A DNA stretch of 64,000 nucleotides, from positions 67,682-131,681 of the forward strand of contig CAZYAF010000010.1 of the NCBI GenBank assembly GCA_964645975.1. Reading direction: 5' to 3'. The notes under the pieces are model-generated. The model ran no database searches and was not told the DNA's origin. It saw only the letters and a program-made list of their open reading frames with translations. Below are positions 28,623 through 36,827 of the stretch, one piece after another (the stretch's first letter is position 1; each line of letters opens with the position of its first letter). Source of the stretch: an uncultured Acidobacteriota bacterium. Its GTDB lineage: Bacteria; Acidobacteriota; B3-B38; Guanabaribacteriales; CAZYAF01. Both the position numbers and the translations under genes were made by a program.

Positions 28623-28672
28623 TGGCACGCCCAGAGGGATTCGAACCCCCGACCTTCTGATCCGTAGTCAGA
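28623..28672 (-). tRNA. Partial tRNA-Arg(ACG), 3' half only: anticodon arm, variable loop, T-arm, 3' acceptor strand and CCA. The D-arm and 5' acceptor strand are absent.
   Basis: Minus-strand sense reads TCTGA-CTACGGA-TCAGA (anticodon arm, anticodon ACG), AGGTC, GGGGG-TTCGAAT-CCCTC (T-arm), TGGGCGT-G-CCA. No complementary ACGCCCA strand or D-arm is found in the next 50 nt. Confidence 0.7.
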
Positions 28673-28998
28673 ACAAGGGATTTTTTAAGATATCTGTAAA
28701 CTATTGAAAAATAAGCTAACTCTCTTATCACGCAACTATTTACAAGGATTTTAGATTCTCTCACTTTTCCTCATTTTTCCTCACTTTTCATTTCAATTAC
28801 CACACTTTTACCACACTCAGTAAATGCATAGGTTTTAATATTAATATTATTGTCTATAAATTATGTTATATAGAATAGATATCTCTAATTAAAAAATAAT
28901 TACAGGAAGGCAATGTTTGATGTTATGGTAAAAAACCACTTGCTGATAGAATATATATTAATATATCTGGAAAGGAATTTTTGAATATTAGATGCTCA

Positions 28999-30825
28999 TT
29001 ATTTTAGGTTCATTTTATTGAGCAATGAAGTGAAGCGAGGATCCGAGCGCAAGCTATCGAAACTTGGACTTGTTTTGATCATAAGTAGTCTTGGATCACG
29101 CTCTCTGTATGCTTTTTCTAACCATTCAAAAGCAAGGTCCTTTTTATTTAGCCCAGTATAAATTAATGCTATTGAAACCGGAGGGAGATATTTAACCTTA
29201 GATAACTCTAATGATTCGTTAAGCAGCTTTTTAGCTTCAGCTTGCTTTCCTGCAAAGGCATATCTGATTGCCAGAAGTGGTTTTAAAGAAAAATTCGATT
29301 TTTCTGTTAATTGCTGTGCTTTCTGTATCTCTACAATAGCTGTCTCTTCTTTTCCCAACTTTGAATAAATAATCCCTAAATACCAATAAGCTACCCAAAA
29401 ATGAGGATCAAGTGAAAGAACCTCCTGCAATTTTTCTATTGCTTGGTCATATTTACGTGCATAATAAAAAAGAATAGCAGCATCTGCTCCTATAATGAGA
29501 GACAAAGGATCGAGCATTTGGGCATATTCAATTTCTTCAATGGCTTCCTCGATTCTTCCCATATTTGTTAAATACCATGCATACCAATGATGAGCAAAAG
29601 AATAATTTGGATTTAATTCAATTGCTCGTTTAAATTCTCTCTCAGCCTTTGGAAAGTTCCAATCATAATTTTTGTAAACAAATGCCAAGGAAGCATGAGC
29701 TTCAGCAATCCGGCTATCAATTTCTAAAGCTTTTATTGCTGCAGATTTTGCCTTGGGAAAAACTTGCTTCGGTGATTGAAAAGCATAATCTGCAAGCAAA
29801 TTATAGCTATCTGCTATTCCTACGTAAGCAAGTGCAAATTTTTTTTCTTTTTCAAGTGCCTTTTTGTAATATTCTATGCTGTTATTTATTCCTGCTTCTG
29901 TTCTTTTGTTCCAGAAATAGCGTCCTTTTAGATAGAGATTATAAGCTTCTGTATTACGAGGGCAATTATTTACTAATAAATCTCTCTGTTCTTTTTTAAG
30001 TTCTATATTCAACTCACGAGCAATTTCCTGCGCAATTTCATCTTGAATAATAAAAATACCTTTAAGCTCCTTATCATAAGTTTTTGACCAGATTTGCGAA
30101 GCATCTTTTGTATTAATTAGATGCACAATAACACGAATGTCATTGTTTTCTTTTTGAATACTGCCTGTGAGAATTGTTTCTACTCCAAGTTCTTTGCCCA
30201 TTTCTTCAATGTTTTTATCAGTTTCTTTATAATGTATTACTGATGTCAGAGAAATCACTTTAAGCTCTTGTATTCTTGCAAGCTTACTAATAATTGTCTC
30301 AGCTATTCCATTACAGAAATACTCCTGATTTTTTTGAGGGCTTAAATCTTTAAAGGGTAATACAGCGATAGATGTTTTATCTTTTCCTAGTATTGATATG
30401 TTAGTTGCTTTTTCTGTCATAAAAATACGATAAATAATGATAGCTAATACTATTACGCATATTGATGTTAGAGCAACAAATAGTTTCTTACGTATTTTCA
30501 AATATTTTTTTGGAGAAGTTAATTTCATCTTTTCTTTTGTTTTGCTTAAATCCTTCTCTTTTTGTCTTCTTTTTTCTGGCTCTTTTTCAGGTTGAATTTT
30601 GGAGGTTTCTTCGCTCCTGGTTTTTAGATAAGGTTCTCCTTCCCCTGTTAGCAGCCAATTAATATTTATATTTTTAGCTTTAGATAGTTTATCTAAAAAG
30701 TCTGCTTTGGGAATTCTACCCTTAAGATAATTGTCTAAGGTCTGACGATGTATACCTAATTCGCGAGCAAACTGGGCAACATTCTCTCCTACAATTTCTT
30801 TTAATCTATCAGCGATATTTGACAT
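28999..30825 (-). CDS. Membrane-anchored one-component regulator: N-terminal XRE-type HTH, a basic linker, one TM helix, a TolB_N-like domain and C-terminal TPR repeats
   Basis: HTH QFARELGIHRQTLDNYLKG. TM LFVALTSICVIVLAIIIY. IAVLPFKDLSPQKNQEYFCNGIAETIISKLARI is a TolB-N-like motif. Multiple TPR-like repeats run to the C-terminus. Confidence 0.65.
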   Translation of the reverse strand: MSNIADRLKEIVGENVAQFARELGIHRQTLDNYLKGRIPKADFLDKLSKAKNININWLLTGEGEPYLKTRSEETSKIQPEKEPEKRRQKEKDLSKTKEKMKLTSPKKYLKIRKKLFVALTSICVIVLAIIIYRIFMTEKATNISILGKDKTSIAVLPFKDLSPQKNQEYFCNGIAETIISKLARIQELKVISLTSVIHYKETDKNIEEMGKELGVETILTGSIQKENNDIRVIVHLINTKDASQIWSKTYDKELKGIFIIQDEIAQEIARELNIELKKEQRDLLVNNCPRNTEAYNLYLKGRYFWNKRTEAGINNSIEYYKKALEKEKKFALAYVGIADSYNLLADYAFQSPKQVFPKAKSAAIKALEIDSRIAEAHASLAFVYKNYDWNFPKAEREFKRAIELNPNYSFAHHWYAWYLTNMGRIEEAIEEIEYAQMLDPLSLIIGADAAILFYYARKYDQAIEKLQEVLSLDPHFWVAYWYLGIIYSKLGKEETAIVEIQKAQQLTEKSNFSLKPLLAIRYAFAGKQAEAKKLLNESLELSKVKYLPPVSIALIYTGLNKKDLAFEWLEKAYRERDPRLLMIKTSPSFDSLRSDPRFTSLLNKMNLK

Positions 30826-30843
30826 AATTTATTTACCCATATT

Positions 30844-30898
30844 AAAAGCAACAAATAGTTGATTTACTCTTGACAAAGCAACAAACAGTTTATATAAT
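30844..30898 (+). promoter_or_regulatory. Consensus sigma70-type promoter (TTGACA-N17-TATAAT) flanked and interrupted by a 15-16 nt direct repeat AAGCAACAAAYAGTT, a candidate operator
   Basis: TTGACA is at 30870-30875 and TATAAT at 30893-30898. Repeat copies are at 30845-30860 and 30876-30891. The site lies between the divergent regulator gene and the downstream genes. Confidence 0.55.
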
Positions 30899-30986
30899 TA
30901 AAATTCTTAGCCGTCAATTTAAATTCGTTGAGGAAAAGAACTAGTGAATAATTATAAAGAACATTGCGAGATCTTTTTTTAAATAA

Positions 30987-31070
30987 AGGAGGCTGCGAGC
31001 TTAGATCAAAAAACGTTGGCTAACCAATAAGCAAACGAATTTAACTTCTAAAGTACACAGCCTCCTTTTG
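30987..31070 (+). ncRNA. Candidate structured leader or small RNA ending in a terminator-like hairpin
   Basis: AGGAGGCTG at 30987-30995 pairs with CAGCCTCCT at 31058-31066 and is followed by TTTT. It lies downstream of the consensus promoter. No ATG follows the AAGGAGG within a usable distance. Confidence 0.3.
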
Positions 31071-31165
31071 TATATTATTATAAATTTCATAATATTTCAA
31101 TAAAAAAATCACATGTAAATAAATAATTAATTTTTGTTAACTAAAGCTTAATTTAAGGAGCTGAT

Positions 31166-31663
31166 ATGAATTTGCAACAAAAAATTTATGTGAAACTGCT
31201 GGCAACTTTTTTATCGGTTTCTATGATCTTAATGACAGTTTCAATTCCCCAAATATCAGCAGATCCAAATGTTGGTTCAGTTGTTGGAATGGTTGTTGCG
31301 GAAAATTTTTCTACTCCAATAAAGGGAGCTGTGGTTAAGCTTTATGATCCAGTAACAGAGAAGTTCTATTCCAGTCGACCAACTGATGAATATGGTCTTT
31401 ATGCCATAAATAATGTTCCAGTGGGAGAATATAACATAGTTGTAATTACTAAAGAGGGTGATATCCAAAGCGATATGATGGTTACAGTCAGGGCTGATCT
31501 TCCAACACCTCTTTCACTATCTTTAAAGCCAGACAAAGTATCGCCTGAGGATCCTGATAAGAAAAAGAAAAAGAGGCGTTGGTTGGCAGTGATAATTATT
31601 GGTGCGGCTGCTGGTGCAGGATATGGAATTTATAAGGCAGTTGCCAGTCCAGAAAAGTCTTAA
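31166..31663 (+). CDS. Small secreted protein with a carboxypeptidase-regulatory-like (beta-sandwich) domain and a C-terminal basic patch plus TM anchor
   Basis: Signal peptide. GAVVKLYDPVTEKFYSSRPTDEYGLYAINNVPVGEYNIVV resembles CarbopepD_reg-like folds. C-terminal KKKKKRRWLAVIIIGAAAGAGYGIY anchor. Confidence 0.5.
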   Translation: MNLQQKIYVKLLATFLSVSMILMTVSIPQISADPNVGSVVGMVVAENFSTPIKGAVVKLYDPVTEKFYSSRPTDEYGLYAINNVPVGEYNIVVITKEGDIQSDMMVTVRADLPTPLSLSLKPDKVSPEDPDKKKKKRRWLAVIIIGAAAGAGYGIYKAVASPEKS

Positions 31664-31827
31664 AATAAAGATTTTTAACTAATTATTTAAAAAGGGATGG
31701 TAATAGGGAAGCGACCTTGTATGTTTGTTTACTCCTTCTACTATTAAAAAGATAGAAGCATTTTTTTCTATTCTATGATTAATAGATAGAATTGCAATCT
31801 TTGCTATCGCATTTATTATTAATAAAA

Positions 31828-33081
31828 ATGAAAAGCAAAAGCATTTTCTTGTTATTTTATTTGTTAGTAATACTATTAGCTTTTAGCATTTACTCTACTC
31901 ATGCATTGGTCTTAGAAAATAAGAAGCAAAAAAAGAAGTCAAAGCAGAATGATTTGCCTCTAGGTGCCTATTCCGCTGATTTGAAGATTGGGCCCTTCAG
32001 AATACAGCCATTTTTTTCCATAAAGAATGTGGGTTACGATAGTAATATTTTCTATTCTCCTACCGAACCTGTTGCAGACTTTACAGCTACACCTACAGGG
32101 GGACTAAGGTCAATTGTCCTGCTTGGAAGAAGAGGTTTTCTCAGCTTTGGAGGTGAATTAGGTTACCTTTGGTTTCGCCGAACTAGCTCTCAGAATTTTC
32201 TTAATAGATATGCTGATGCCCATCTCGAAATCGATTTTTCGCGCTTCTCTCTATTTATAGAGGAAGGTTTCGCTCATGTTAGAGATCGATATGGTTGGGA
32301 AATTGATATAAGAACACGCCATACAACAAACAGCGCAGCTTTTGGCATTAAATATGAACCTTCAAAGAAAACTTCGCTGAACCTAGTATTATCGCAAGAG
32401 TTGTTAAAGTATGATTCAGAAGCTATTTTCAGGGGATATAAATTAGGGGAAATTTTGAACCATCAAGAGACTTCAGGGAAGCTTACATTTGATTTCCAAA
32501 TGCTTCCGAAAACAAGAGCTCTTTTAGAAATCAATTATACAGATAATAGTTTTGATAATCCTACATCTGATTTAAACTCCACTTCTTATAAGGCTTTATT
32601 CGGCGCAGAGTTTGATTCCAGCGCTTTAATTCAAGGAACTTTTAAGATTGGCTATAAATATTTATTGTTTACTTCACCTGAGATTGAAAATTTTTGGGGC
32701 TTAGCCGGCTCTGCATCGTTAGGATATAAATTTATAGATCGTTTTTCTATTATATTTGACTACGAACGAGATACTAATTTTTCCTATTTTGCTCATTACT
32801 ATATTACTGATTTATACAGGAGTATGCTTAATTTTTATTTGACCTATAAATTTGGAATTGATTTAGGAGCTACTGTTATTAACAATAAGTACCCATTGAA
32901 AGAAGCAGAAGGAGATGAGATCATGCTCCAGCGCATTAATATATATCAATTAGGTTTTAGATATAAGTTGCTGGAGGGGTTGAGTACTGGAATCGGGGGA
33001 GCATACCGGGTCAGGACTACGAACATAGGTTACGATATGGACGGATTTACTATCTATAGTAACTTAAGTTATGAATACTAA
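31828..33081 (+). CDS. Putative outer-membrane beta-barrel protein of the polysaccharide locus, possibly a Wzp-like partner of the export machinery
   Basis: Signal peptide MKSKSIFLLFYLLVILLAFSIYS. Alternating amphipathic beta-strand pattern. C-terminal aromatic terminus SNLSYEY typical of OM barrels. Confidence 0.5.
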   Translation: MKSKSIFLLFYLLVILLAFSIYSTHALVLENKKQKKKSKQNDLPLGAYSADLKIGPFRIQPFFSIKNVGYDSNIFYSPTEPVADFTATPTGGLRSIVLLGRRGFLSFGGELGYLWFRRTSSQNFLNRYADAHLEIDFSRFSLFIEEGFAHVRDRYGWEIDIRTRHTTNSAAFGIKYEPSKKTSLNLVLSQELLKYDSEAIFRGYKLGEILNHQETSGKLTFDFQMLPKTRALLEINYTDNSFDNPTSDLNSTSYKALFGAEFDSSALIQGTFKIGYKYLLFTSPEIENFWGLAGSASLGYKFIDRFSIIFDYERDTNFSYFAHYYITDLYRSMLNFYLTYKFGIDLGATVINNKYPLKEAEGDEIMLQRINIYQLGFRYKLLEGLSTGIGGAYRVRTTNIGYDMDGFTIYSNLSYEY

Positions 33082-33084
33082 TCC

Positions 33085-33264
33085 ATGCATAATTTTGAGA
33101 TAAATGTACCTATTGGCAAAGAGATTAAGCAATGGGAGCAACTTACAATCCTTCAAGCTGTTGCTCAAGCTGGTGGCTTTTCTGAACAAGTAGCTAAGAC
33201 AAAGGTGAATGTGGTCCGCCAGACCAGGATAAGGAGGAAAAAAGCCTTCAAGATAAATATGTAA
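33085..33264 (+). pseudogene. 3' remnant (59 codons) of a Wza/OPX-family polysaccharide export protein
   Basis: Translation MHNFEINVPIGKEIKQWEQLTILQAVAQAGGFSEQVAKTKVNVVRQTRIRRKKAFKINM matches the C-terminal SLBB-domain region of OPX proteins (TLLQAIAQAGG...V.V.R). It is not in the ORF track, being shorter than the cutoff. Confidence 0.55.
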
Positions 33265-33388
33265 AGATATTATCAAAGGAAAAACAAACAATATAGCATT
33301 GCAAAAAGAAGCTGTAATTGTGGAGTCAGAAGCATTTCTTTAATAGCTATAAGAAAAATTCAGATTCTTTTGGCTTGAGGTAATCCTG

Positions 33389-35623
33389 ATGGAAGATACA
33401 GAAAAGAGGGAAATAGATATTCGAGAATACTGGCATGTCATTAAAAAGGGGCGCTGGACTATTATTAGCGTTTTAATAATTTTAGTTTCAATAGTAACTT
33501 TAGCTTCCTTTTTTATTGAACCAACTTATAGGGCTACTGCAAGGGTACAAGTCAAAAGAGAGAATCCCAAGATATTATCATTCGAGGAAATATATTCCAT
33601 TGATGCCTCTCAGCAGACCTTTTACCAAACTCAAGTAGAGCTTATAAAAAGCAGGTCTTTAGCCAGGGAAGTAATTGATAGCCTTAGTTTGAATAAGCAT
33701 CCTGAATTTTCTGGAGCCGGGAAAAATAATTGGAAGAAAAGGATAAAAAAAATATTCAACTTAGGTTCCACTAATAAAAGTAAATCAGAAATTGACCCTC
33801 TTTTAATAAACGCATTTTTAAAAAGATTAGTTGTGGAGCCGGATAGGAATAGTCAAATAATAAACATTTCTTTTATATCCCATAATGCTGAGATGGCTGC
33901 TTATGTAGCTAATGAGGTGGCTAATCATTTTATTGAGTCTCGATTAGAAGCAAAATATGTTTCTGCAAAGCGGGCTTATAGTTTTTTAAATAAGCAGATC
34001 AAGGAGCTCATGAATGATATTGCAGACAAAGAGCGTGAAATGCAGAAATATGCTCAAGACAAGGAAATATTTGCCTTGAAGGATGACGAGGATATAGTTG
34101 TTAAACAATTAACAGACATCAACACAGAATATACCAGGGTAAAAGCAAAACGCATAGAAAAAGAAGCCATGTATAGAAGCGTAATGAATGTGTCAGTTGA
34201 TTCCATTCCAGAGGTTATCAGGAACCCACTGATCCAACGGCTAAAGGAAGAGTACGCTGGGTTAGAAAGGGAGTATGCAGAGAAATCAAAAAAGTTTAAA
34301 GAGGAATATCCTGAAATGATTCAGCTCAATTCAAAACTTGCCCAGGCAAAGCAGCGATTGGATAAGGAGGTAAAAGATATTATTAATAAAGTCAGAAACT
34401 CCGCCATGGCTGAATATCAAGCAGCTTTAAAGCAGGAACAATCGATAAAAGAGATGCTTAACCAACAAAAAGAGAAAGCTGTAATACTATATAAAGATGG
34501 AATTATTTATAATAATTTAAAGGTAGAGTTAGATAATAAAAGAGCTCTGCTGCAGGAATTAACCAAAAGACAGAATGAGGTTGGGGTATCTGCTGATATA
34601 AAAGAATTAGGCAGCACCTATGTCCATATTGTTGATAAAGCTGATATACCCCAAAACATATATAAGCCCAATAAAAAGATAAATATCCTCCTGAGCATTG
34701 TAGTTGGTTTAATACTGGGAATAGTATTAGCTTTTTTCTTTGATTATTTGGATAACAGTCTCAAGAATAGAGATGATGTGGAAAGGTATATTAATTTACC
34801 TACTATAGGAATTATTCCAGCATTAGATGGAATAAATAGGAGCGCTCCTTATGCATATGATTCTACAAAGCATTTGGGAAACAGAAGGGAAATATTACCT
34901 AAATCTATAGAAAAAATCGTTCATACCCACACTAAATCTATCATCTCTGAAGCCTATGGAGCTTTGAGAACATCAATTTTACTTTCTTCAGCTAATTCGC
35001 CTCCAAAGACTATCTTAGTAACCAGCAGCCAGCCAGAAGAGGGCAAAACAGCAACTGCTATAAATATTGCTATAACTTTAGCTCAATTGGGTGAAAAGGT
35101 CCTTCTCCTTGAAACAGATCTCAGAAGACCAAGGATTGCAAAAATTTTCAAAATATATAATAAATTTGGCATCTCAAATTTCTTAGCAGGTAATACAGAT
35201 GATAGAGAAGCTATCTTTAGTACAGAAATTCCAAATCTGTCTGTCATGCCAAGCGGTCCTATCCCGCCAAATCCAGCGGTACTTTTAACTACAACTAAAC
35301 TGGATAAACTATTAGAAGACTGGAAGAAATCTTTCAGCTTTATAATAATGGATTCTCCTCCCATGCTATCAGTCACGGATGCCCAACTCTTAGCTAGCAA
35401 AGTTGATGCAGTAATGATCGTAGTTCGTGGGGGAACGACCCCCAGGGATCTGGTGAAGTTATGCAAGGAAAGGCTAAGAGGTTCTAACATAATTGGAGTT
35501 GTTTTAAATCGAATCAATTTGGATAAGCATGATTATTATTATAAGCATTATTACTATTATTATAGTAAGAAGAGCCGAATGCACGATAAGAAGTTAGCCA
35601 TTCGGATTGGAAATAAGAGGTAA
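33389..35623 (+). CDS. Polysaccharide co-polymerase / BY-kinase (Wzc/GumC family) with a C-terminal tyrosine-rich tail
   Basis: N-terminal Wzz-like domain with two TM helices. Walker A SQPEEGKT, Walker A' LLLETDLRRP, Walker B IIMDSPP. Poly-Tyr cluster HDYYYKHYYYYYSKK. Confidence 0.85.
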   Translation: MEDTEKREIDIREYWHVIKKGRWTIISVLIILVSIVTLASFFIEPTYRATARVQVKRENPKILSFEEIYSIDASQQTFYQTQVELIKSRSLAREVIDSLSLNKHPEFSGAGKNNWKKRIKKIFNLGSTNKSKSEIDPLLINAFLKRLVVEPDRNSQIINISFISHNAEMAAYVANEVANHFIESRLEAKYVSAKRAYSFLNKQIKELMNDIADKEREMQKYAQDKEIFALKDDEDIVVKQLTDINTEYTRVKAKRIEKEAMYRSVMNVSVDSIPEVIRNPLIQRLKEEYAGLEREYAEKSKKFKEEYPEMIQLNSKLAQAKQRLDKEVKDIINKVRNSAMAEYQAALKQEQSIKEMLNQQKEKAVILYKDGIIYNNLKVELDNKRALLQELTKRQNEVGVSADIKELGSTYVHIVDKADIPQNIYKPNKKINILLSIVVGLILGIVLAFFFDYLDNSLKNRDDVERYINLPTIGIIPALDGINRSAPYAYDSTKHLGNRREILPKSIEKIVHTHTKSIISEAYGALRTSILLSSANSPPKTILVTSSQPEEGKTATAINIAITLAQLGEKVLLLETDLRRPRIAKIFKIYNKFGISNFLAGNTDDREAIFSTEIPNLSVMPSGPIPPNPAVLLTTTKLDKLLEDWKKSFSFIIMDSPPMLSVTDAQLLASKVDAVMIVVRGGTTPRDLVKLCKERLRGSNIIGVVLNRINLDKHDYYYKHYYYYYSKKSRMHDKKLAIRIGNKR

Positions 35624-35631
35624 AATAATTA

Positions 35632-36420
35632 ATGATAGATATCCATTCTCACATTCTTGCTGGATTTGATGACGGCGCATCGTCTTTAGAAGAATCTATG
35701 GAGATGTGCCGTATTGCAAAAGCGGACGGAATTGAAGCTATTGTAGCTACACCTCATATCTTAAAAGGAATCTATAGAAACGAAGATCCGCAGATTATCC
35801 TGAAAGAAATTGAAGAGTTAAAAGCCAAATCACCTGATGGGATTAAAATCTTTCCAGGAAGCGATGTGCATTTTCAGCACGATATTATTCATCGGATAAT
35901 TGATCAGAAATCAATAATTCCACTGAATAATGAATGCTATTTTCTTATTGAATTCCCCTTTAATTTTATACCTTTGGGCACAAAAGAAGTTTTTCGCAGG
36001 TTATTATCCAATGGTTACAAACCTATAATAACTCATCCGGAAAGGAATCTTGAGTTTATGCAAAGCCCTAAACTGCTGTTTGAGCTAATACAAGCAGGCG
36101 CTTTAGCTCAGATCACAGCTATGAGCATAATCGGAGAATTTGGTGCTGATATCAAGGAAGTTTCCCATCTTTTTCTTAAACATAACTTAGTTCATGTTAT
36201 TGCATCGGATGCTCATGATGCTTATTGGAGAACTCCAACCTTAAGGGAAGCAGTTGCAGAAGCAGCCAAGATAGTTGGAACTGAAAAAGCAGAGGCCATG
36301 GTTGAGGATAATCCAAGAGCAATTTTAAAGGGAGAGGAGCTCCCCTTTTTTGAAAATCCGATATTTCCAAAAACTAATAAAGCATGTATGCCTTTAGGTA
36401 GCAAGATAAAAATCTTTTAG
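35632..36420 (+). CDS. PHP-family protein-tyrosine phosphatase (CpsB/YwqE type)
   Basis: MIDIHSHILAGFDDGASSLEES...ATPH are the metal-binding His/Asp motifs of CpsB-like phosphatases. It is adjacent to the BY-kinase. Confidence 0.85.
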   Translation: MIDIHSHILAGFDDGASSLEESMEMCRIAKADGIEAIVATPHILKGIYRNEDPQIILKEIEELKAKSPDGIKIFPGSDVHFQHDIIHRIIDQKSIIPLNNECYFLIEFPFNFIPLGTKEVFRRLLSNGYKPIITHPERNLEFMQSPKLLFELIQAGALAQITAMSIIGEFGADIKEVSHLFLKHNLVHVIASDAHDAYWRTPTLREAVAEAAKIVGTEKAEAMVEDNPRAILKGEELPFFENPIFPKTNKACMPLGSKIKIF

Positions 36421-36423
36421 TTT

Positions 36424-36783
36424 ATGAAAATGATTGAAAGAATTGATAATTACTGGGGTTTGGAATTTATATTTGAGAAAAATGAACTATATCAAGCTAG
36501 CATACTTCATCTCTTGAAAAACCAAAAATATGATTGCAATAACAGCGAAAATGAGGTGAGGACTATTTTCGTAAACAAAGGAATTTTGAAATTAAAAATA
36601 AATAAAAGGGGAAAAATTATTGAAAAAACATTAAAGCCTGGGATGACTTTTAGAGCAGATTTTGAAGCTAATTATAATGTATTTACCCTTGATGAATGCG
36701 AATTAATTGTATTAACCGCTTTCGCTAATAGTCAAAAAAATATAGGAGCAAGGAATTTAGAAGATTATCAAGCGGATTATTAA
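36424..36783 (+). CDS. Hypothetical small protein
   Basis: 119-aa ORF, operonic with its neighbours. No recognisable motif. Confidence 0.35.
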   Translation: MKMIERIDNYWGLEFIFEKNELYQASILHLLKNQKYDCNNSENEVRTIFVNKGILKLKINKRGKIIEKTLKPGMTFRADFEANYNVFTLDECELIVLTAFANSQKNIGARNLEDYQADY

Positions 36784-36827
36784 TTTTTGCACGAGCACTT
36801 AAGATAGTTCTTATTTCTTTAAAGTAG

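Noticed and set aside
28623-28700. A full-length tRNA-Arg gene
   Set aside because: The D-arm and the 5' acceptor strand (ACGCCCA) are not present in the 50 nt upstream of the anticodon stem, so it is called as a 3' fragment only. No integrase is visible, so I did not call an integrated element.
28543-28764. 73-aa minus-strand ORF
   Set aside because: It overlaps the partial tRNA-Arg and AT-rich spacer. It has no RBS and is better explained by the tRNA fragment.
31166-31663. A PEP-CTERM/exosortase sorting signal on the small secreted protein
   Set aside because: The order is a basic patch and then a TM helix, with no PEP motif. That is the reverse of the PEP-CTERM layout.
35083-35517. 144-aa minus-strand ORF
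   Set aside because: It is antisense to the BY-kinase catalytic domain, which has unambiguous Walker motifs on the plus strand.
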